DNA of 64,000 bases from the human T2T-CHM13v2.0 reference genome, Homo sapiens. Shown piece after piece: positions 56,137 to 64,000 of this stretch. The stretch lies in NCBI RefSeq assembly GCF_009914755.1, contig NC_060932.1, one strand, 5' to 3'. The notes under the pieces are model-generated. The model was not told where the DNA came from and did no database searches. It saw only the letters and a list, made by a program, of their open reading frames with translations. The position numbers and the translations under genes were made by a program. Positions within the stretch are counted from its first letter, which is position 1, and the number at the start of each line of letters is the position of its first letter.

Positions 56137-58106
56137 TCTATCCCTCCTAGCCTAGCTTCCTGGAGGAAATTATAACCCTATTGTGCCCCAAGAGGTGAGC
56201 AGGAGTGAGCCAGGAGAGAAGGCCAAATATGGGTAGTCACCCAAGGTGACAGTCACCAGGACTCACCATCCCTTCCTGATGACACTTTATAACACCAGAG
56301 GCTACCAGAAGGACACTCATCAACCTAAGGTTGCCATCTCTGTCTATCATAGCCCAGTCCACAGGACTCTGTGTTGCAGTCACACAATTGGCATTTGCAC
56401 CTTGGCCCACACACACTGGAAGAAGCACTTCACCGTCTGAGAGTGGAACTGGGGAAGAATGATGTGATTCAAACATGCCAGACTTTGAGAATAAACAACC
56501 AGACCTTCGACCGCATCCAGAGAACCAGGAGAACCATCTCTCAGGGCTGAGGCCACACTCCAAGGGAGATGCAGAGCAACCCTGGCACCTTCCCCTCAAG
56601 AGCCTCCCAGTGCCACTAAAGCAGAGGGGAGGTACGTGGGGACACCCTGCAGGGAGGGCCTGGCTCCCTACATGTTCTAAATCCCCACGTCAGGCAATAC
56701 CTATGAACTGGCAATGCCAGCCCCTCTCAGAAGTCCAGTCTCTCAAACCTGAGCAATGCAGAAGCCACTTTGATGGAAAATATGTTATTCTGAGAATATA
56801 TTTTTAGGTTCCAGTTTGAGGAACACTGACCTGAGAAACTAAAAATACATCCAGAGGGGGAAAATAGGTGCATTTGCATTGCAAATTACCTCTTGCAAAG
56901 TGATTAGCCTTCATGTCTGGTGAAAGCAATTTTATTGGACTCTCACTGAAATGAAAACACAAAATTTTGAAAGAAAATCTTTGTTGTTAATTTTTATTTT
57001 GCAGAGAGTCTGAGGATTCTCATTTGAGAACTCCTGATCTCAGGGATGTATTTATAAGACTTGAGGAAACAAGAGAAGCCTCAGTGTGGTCCAGCTAAAA
57101 ACTAGAGTTGAGGCTTGGTTAAACAACAAGGGAATTTGGGGAAGGAAAGCATAGTCTGAGTAGACTTCAGCTTTGTCAATCAAATTCCATAATTTCCACT
57201 GACTCACGACCAACTCCTGTGTCAAAGGCTCTGCCGGGAAAAGCAAGTAAAATTAATAGCACGGAGTGGTCTTATTCCTAATGAGACATGCAAACCAGCC
57301 TACAAGGAAGTAGAACCCAGTGGTGGGGGATTTGGGGGGCAGGTTGTCCTGGGTTCAGGATGTAACCAGGAGAGCACAGTAGCCCACAACCAACATTCGG
57401 CTTAGGAGCGGAACCAGCAGAGAACGGCCCTGAGCAACATTTGGACAGCACGTCTGGGCCCACAGGCCTGTTCTGGGATGACCTAGAACCCAGTGGCAGG
57501 TGCCTGAGGCCCCCTGTTTTGTACAGAAGAGGAAGAGAGGGAGAGCTGGTACCCACCCACGGGAGGGTTCTCTTTGCACGCTGGGACTCAGAGGGAGTGT
57601 CCTGGCATCAGGGCTCTGTGTACCCGAGAAACCACACCCATGGAATGTGATGTTTTGTTCTTTTTGGGAGACTTTCCCAAGGCCCCACATCACCTTGTTA
57701 CTGGGGCCTACAGAAATCTGAGTAGTGTGTGAGATTAGAAGTGTAATTTTTATCCCTTACAGTAAATAAAATGAGTCTCTCAGCAGCAAGATGCCCATTG
57801 AAACAGCCCTTGTTGCCACCGTCTACGAACATCTACTGCCCACGCTTGGCGAAAATAATGCAACCAGTGCCTCTGCGCTGTCAGAACCTTATCAGTGTCC
57901 ACAACAGAAAACGTAACGTGCTGTAAACATAAAAGGAATCCCCATGGAAGCATCCACCGAAAAGTTGGGGCTGACTGGGGTTAGCGTCAGAGGTATTTAC
58001 CGATGTCTTCGGGTCCTGACTTCTGCTCCGGGGGCCTGAGCCTCAGAAGCTCCCATTCATCCTGCACAGACGCCCTCCCCAGCAGTGAGCTCTCCCACAG
58101 GCCGCC

Positions 58107-58148
58107 TGCTCCCTGTGCAGCGGGGGCTCCCTGTGCAGCGGGGGCTCA
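58107..58148. repeat. 18 bp tandem duplication
   Basis: gctccctgtgcagcgggg occurs twice. Confidence 0.85.
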
Positions 58149-58612
58149 GGGCCAGCTCTACCTGGGATCTTGGGTTTGCCATAAATCACACCACCCCACC
58201 CTAAGGGAGGTTCTGCCCCACACCCGAGGACAGTGCTCCTTGGCTACTGAGCAGACAGGGACATGGGCAAGAGTGGCTGATCCAGGAAGCACACGGGTGC
58301 CCAGACCAGATGAGAGCAAACCGCCACGCTCAGGTGGAGCAGCAAGCACGTCGCCCGGTACCACGTGTGCGTGGTTCTCAATCTTCTCAACTACTCTGTC
58401 AGAAATACTGTCTTCCTTTTACAAACGAGGAGGCTGAGTTTTACAGATATTGGATACACCTGCCTGGTTCACTAGACTATTAACAAAACAGTCCGTATTC
58501 AAAGCCAAGGCTTCCAACAGGAAACCTCCTCGTTGACAGCACAGTGGTTTTGCCCTCAGTTCCTCAGGCCCCGGACATTCCCTGAGCCTCAGCACTGGGC
58601 CTGCGTGTATCA

Positions 58613-58870
58613 TCACCCCTCTCCCACCCCATCACCAAGTGTCTCCCACCCCCATCACCACCCCCTCCCACCCCTATCACCATCTCCCACCCCTCTCCCA
58701 CCCCCTCCCACCCCTATCACCATCTCCCACCCCTCTCCCACCCCTATCACCACCTGTCTCCCACCCCCATCACCACCCCTCCCACCCCTATCACGACCCC
58801 CTCCCCCCCATCACCACCCCTCCCACCCCATCACCACCCCCTCCCCCCCTGTCACCACCCCTCTCCTACC
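58613..58870. repeat. C-rich low-complexity repeat (G-rich on the minus strand)
   Basis: Degenerate cacccctctcccacccctatcac units. Confidence 0.9.
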
Positions 58871-59549
58871 CGGACTGCAGGTGGCGGGTCTCACCGTCGT
58901 TATCTTCCCTGTGCGTTAACCCCTTTTGTCTCAGGCTGAATGTTCTTTCATGACTGTGGTCACTATTGGTTTTTAACTTGATGTCTGAGAAACATGACCT
59001 TTCATCCATGTCTGTGATATGTCTGAAAACAGGATTAACCACAAAAATGAAAAATTAAGGACCTGAGTTATTTACTTCAGTTTAGAAAGCAAACGGGACA
59101 GAGAGCTTGTGGCTTTCACCACCCGGTGGGGGATTCACCCATCGATCCTGCCGTGGGAAAAACCAGCCTGGTTCCCATCTTCTCCTCAGAACCAACAGGT
59201 GAGCAGGGGAGGCAGAGTCTCTGGCCACGTGCAGAAGCACCTGTGGGATACCCTGTCTGCTGTCTGGGGTGGCCAGGCTAACAAGCACTGGTTTCTGGTC
59301 TGCAGGAGATGGATGATAAGGCCTGGGGCTGTCTGGGCAGAATGCCTTTTGTCTCTGAGCTTTGCTCCTTGGTGACCACATGAAGAACTGAACCAAAGGC
59401 TGTCCCTGGGAAGGAGATGGGTGCAGATGGATGTCACGCACTCTGCAGACAGCCCGGCCTTCAGAGAGACCACCCTGCTCTAAGATGACACAGCCCAGGA
59501 ATGGGGTGCTGTGTCCTCACATGGCCTGTTTATAAATGTCCCTGTTAAG

Positions 59550-60268
59550 AGTATTAGTCCATTCTCACACTGCAATAAAGAACCACCGGAGACTGAGGAG
59601 TTTATGAAAAAAAAAAAAAAAACAAGTTTAATTGACTCATAGTTCACCCACAGCCAGCATGGCTGGGGAGGCCTTAGGAAATGTTCAGCCATGGCGGAAG
59701 GTGGAGAGGAAGCAGGTACGTCTTCCCTTCGTGGAGCAGGAGAGAGAGCGAAGGGGGACATGGTACACACTTGCATTTATTTATTAATATTATTATTATT
59801 ATTGGAGACAGAGTCTCACTCTTTCGCCCAGGCTGGAGTGCAGTGATGCCACCTTGGCTCACTGCAACCTCTGCCCCCCGGGTTCAAGTGATTCTCGTGC
59901 CTCAGCCCCCTGAGTAGCTTGGGATCACAGGTGCATGCCACCATGCCTCGCTAATTTTTTTTTTTTTTGTATTTTTAGTAGAGACAGAGTTTTGCCATGT
60001 TGGCCGAGCTGGTCTTGAACTCCTAGCCTAAACTGATCCACCTGCCTTGGCTTCCCAAAGTGGTGGGATTACAGACATGAGCCACCTTGCCTGGCCAACT
60101 ACACACTTTTAAACAACCAGATCTCAGGAGAACTCACTCACTATCACGAGAACAGCAAGGGGGAAATCCACCCCATGACCCAATCACCTCCCACCAGGTC
60201 CCCCATCAGTGTTGGTGTTTACAGTACAACATGAGACCTGGGTGGGGACACAGAGCCAAATCGTATCA
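59550..60268 (-). mobile_element. Solo MSTA LTR interrupted by an Alu
   Basis: gtattagtccattctcacactgc...cagagccaaatcgtatca. TSD ttaag/ataag (4 of 5). Confidence 0.9.
59773..60096 (-). mobile_element. Alu (Sz/Jb-like) nested in MSTA
   Basis: Antisense dimer flanked by tacacactt at 59764-59772 and 60100-60108. Confidence 0.92.
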
Positions 60269-60424
60269 ATAAGTAAACTTATTATGGTTTGGACAAAATA
60301 CTTTAGTAAATAGCATGTAAACAGCTTATCACATTCTCCCACTGTCCTTGGCGTTTAATGTTATTTATTTATTTGTATCAGAGACCAAATGTGAGCCACT
60401 TCAATCAAGAAACTCATCTACTAA

Positions 60425-60545
60425 ACTAGACTGCAGGACACATGAGTTTCCGTCCTGATTTGCTGCTCACTAACTAGCTGTGAGCCCTCAACCTGTTTCC
60501 TATTTATAAAATAACAGGTCAACCAAAGCCTTCCTTAGTCCTAAA
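60425..60545. mobile_element. MIR remnant
   Basis: cactaactagctgtga, ctgtttcctatttataaaat. Confidence 0.55.
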
Positions 60546-60679
60546 TCTGACAAGTCCACTGGTTCAGGGGCTTGGTTGCAGGATGGGAGGGGCGAGTGGT
60601 AAGGATACTTTGTGGCCTCTCTGCATCCTCTCAGAGGCAGATGCATAAAAATTAATTTAGATAAGAACAATGGTATTCT

Positions 60680-61220
60680 TTAAATTTTTTTTTTTACTTT
60701 AAATTCCAGGATACGTGTGCAGAACGTGCAGGTTTGTTCCATAGGTATACATGTGCCATGGTGGTTTGCTGCACCTACCAACCTGTCATCTAGGTTTTAA
60801 GCCCCACATGCATCAGGTATTTGTCCTAATGCTCTGCCTCCCCTTGTCCCCCACCTCCAACAGGCCCTAGTGTGTGGTGTTCCCCTCCCTGTGTCCATGT
60901 GTTCTGATTGTTCAACTCCCACTTATGAGAGAGCAGGCAACCTACAGAATGGGAGAAAAATCTTGCAATCTAGCCATCTGACAAAGTCTAATATCCAGAA
61001 TCTACAAGGAACTTAAACAAATTTACAAGAAAAAAACAAACAACCCCATCAAAAAGTGAGCAAAGGACATGAACAGAGTCTTCTCAAAAGAAGACATTTG
61101 TGCAGCCAACAAACATGAAAAAAAGCTCAAGATCAGTGATCATTAGAGAAGCGCAAATCCAAACTACAATGAGATACCATCTCACACCACTCAGAATGGC
61201 AATGATTCAAATGTCAGAAA
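60680..61220 (-). mobile_element. 5'-inverted, truncated L1 (L1PA7/8-like)
   Basis: Antisense poly(A)/3' UTR at 60680-60932 joined to a sense ORF2 segment at 60927-61220. TSD aaca(a/t)tggtattct at 60666-60679 and 61219-61232. Confidence 0.92.
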
Positions 61221-61424
61221 CATTGGTATTCTAATAGCGTTTCTTTGCACATCATCATTTAAGCGTGTTAGAATTATGATGCATTTATTGTCATTTCCAC
61301 TCTTTCAGAGGAGAGACAGTTCCTCTGTGGCAATTGTACAAGTCATGAATCCTAACACCAGAGATCTGCTTGAGACTCTGAACGTTTCTGCTGTAGCTGG
61401 TTTCTGTTTTCTGTTTCTTTATAG

Positions 61425-61748
<324 letters not shown>

Positions 61749-62524
61749 TCCTTGTAGAACATATTAATTTAGCCACATCACTACACAATCAGTTTAAAGA
61801 AACATGGTAAATGCTGGCTACTTGCCGATAGTGTCAATGAGGCCCTTAGAGACTTGATGTCTTCAGCAGGCAAGGATCAGTGGGTAGAGGAGGCTCTAAA
61901 TTGTTTCTTCCTCATCACAAGGCTGCGGAGAAGTTGTTGCTCGCAGAGACGTATCAAACACCAACATTTCTGTCCTCCAGCTTTGAATACTCAAGTAGTG
62001 AGGCTCAAAGAGGTACGGGCTTCTGAGAGGAACTTTTGCCCTAGAATTAACACAAAGTGGACATTTACAGAATAATTCAACAAACACTTAACAAACTCCT
62101 ACTATAAGAAAAGTGCTTGGATAGAGATAAGTAAAAATTGTTCTCTCTACTGAAGAGTTGAAGTCAAGGCTAACGTAATTACTCCATTTCAGCACAATTT
62201 CACAATGAGACAAGGAGAACACTAACCATTATGTATAATGGCAATCCAACCACATCTGATGTGCAAAACCCCTGGGATGGTGAGTTCAAATAGACCAAGA
62301 GCTGATTATAAAAATGTGAAGGTGCCCACGGAACGTGGGGCTCCCAGCGAGTGACCTGCTGCGACACCAGATGCTTTTGGTGGATATAACAGAAGAGAGT
62401 TGATGAGTGAGGTGGCCAGGGTTCAGGTCTCTGTTCCACAAAAGTTAGACGTGCGACCTCCAACCAGCAGCTGACCTTGAACAGCTCCACTTCATCACTG
62501 CAAAATGTAGTTTACTCCTACTGG

Positions 62525-62700
62525 CTGGGCTGACTGGCTTCATGAGCCTGAAATCTGTGCCATCTCATAGGGCCCCCTACTCACTGGGAAAGACCCATAC
62601 TTGATTTAATGTTCTGCTTTCCCCATCTAGAAATTCTTAATAATTTTTGAACAAGGGGACCCTCATTTCCATTCTTCACTGGACCCCTCAAAATATGCTC
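62525..62700. mobile_element. MER91A-type hAT-Tip100 element
   Basis: ggcttcatgag, cttgatttaatgttctgct, gaaattcttaataatttttgaacaagggg. Confidence 0.75.
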
Positions 62701-62704
62701 CTTT

Positions 62705-62830
62705 TCTGCCTCTTAGGGTTGTGGAGGTTAATACAACAGTGTTTATTAGCGTTTAATATAGGGTCTGGCACTTAGCAAAATGCCTAATATATAGTAAACG
62801 CTAAATAAGTGAATGTTGTTTACTATTATC
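62705..62830. mobile_element. MIR remnant
   Basis: cctcttagggttgtggaggttaa, tctggcacttag, tagtaaacgctaaataa. Confidence 0.6.
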
Positions 62831-64000
62831 GTTACTGCTGTGGTAAGCTCAGGGAGAAAAGCGTAATTAAGTTGGTATCTTTCAAGGAGGCACATGGGAT
62901 GTCATCCGTGTAATACTCTTTCCTAATGTAATTCTGGGGACTTTGAAAGGTTCCTACGAAAAGCTCTTTATTGGCAGAACCAGGTAACATTCCTAAGACT
63001 TACCAGGCTCTGCAGAGAAGGAATTACATGTTGCATTTCAAAAACAACTCTGAGTGTCGCCGAGTATTGCTGAGCTGTAGCTGGCCAGGGTCTTTCAATT
63101 GTGTTGACCTCAATCCCTGGTAGGAAATGCATTTCCTTTGGTGATCTTGTACATTAGAATACTGCGCGGCAGAACAGCACTCACTCCTCCCACACAGAAT
63201 GCCACCTGGTGTCTTTGAGGCCGGTCGTGACCCACTCAACAGACCTCACCACCCACTAGCGCTTGGCTACTTACAGCTTGAAAAACAACACTTAAGGCAG
63301 CTGCTTAAGTCAGAGAGCTCTGCAAGACATTTGGGGACCCCCCAGCCTTGATCCCGGGGAGCCGCTGGCCATGGGGAACTGCCTCAGCCTGCACTGCCGT
63401 TGTTGGTGGCAGCTGGCATAGGACAGTCTCACACCCTTCCCAGACGCAGCTGCTGTGCCCCAGAGAGGGGAGGGTGGCAGGCGGTCCCTGCTGCTGTGTA
63501 TTACAGAAGGAAATGGGACACTGGTCTCTAACGCCCGAGATCGGGTCTTCACTGCAACCCACCAGCCTTCTAGGTTTTCCTGACCTGGGAATCTGGTAGA
63601 GCTGCACCTACCACCAGCTGGAGGTTGGACTTGGCCATGTCACTTCCTGTGGCCAAGGAAATATAAACAGAAGTCAGGCAAGTCGGCTCTGGAGAAAAGC
63701 CTTCCAGCACCGATGACTCATTGGCATTCCTGGCAGCTCCTGCCAGGTGATGGTGATGTCGAGGGGCCACTGAGGCAGGGGTCCTGAATGTGACCACAGA
63801 CCACAAATTGGGGCCTGGGGCAGATCCTGACCAGAGGGTTCCAGAACAAAGGCAGAGGGGGCTAAAGGTACAACTTTCTTAAGACTTACTGATTGTGTGG
63901 GTTTTTTCCTGAGCCAACCGGCTTACAGCATATGTATAAAAGCAATGATAGAAGTATAATTTGGTGTAGTAATTTTACCCTAATTCACACTCCCCTTCCA

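Noticed and set aside
63179-63274. Minus-strand donor-like sites (GGA|GTGAGT, GCT|GTAAGT) as an upstream exon
   Set aside because: Weak exonic positions and no matching acceptor or promoter that I can support.

Overview
Primate (human-like) non-coding genomic DNA. I recognise no host protein-coding gene, tRNA, rRNA or CRISPR array. The window holds a disabled 3' part of a young L1PA element (1-2878), about 20 Alu/FLAM copies, seven solo or partial LTRs (THE1/MSTA, LTR8, MER4, MER21, MLT1, MLT2), old L1M/L2/MIR remnants and DNA-transposon remnants. It also has an unusually high number of minisatellites (18, 26, 35, 38, 71, 71 and 87 bp units), as is typical of distal/subtelomeric chromosome arms. 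All long ORFs are explained by L1, Alu or tandem repeats. I see no multi-gene novel system. The most interesting observations are: (1) a Tigger3-type element at 46582-46874 whose interior is a permuted copy of two nearby genomic segments (Pack-TIR-like capture); (2) three well-signalled minus-strand exon candidates that could splice into a ~96-aa ORF or a lncRNA; (3) VNTRs carrying arrays of CTCF-like or CRE-like motifs; (4) a twin-primed, 5'-inverted L1. Repeat family and subfamily names come from my memory of consensus sequences and should be confirmed with RepeatMasker/Dfam.
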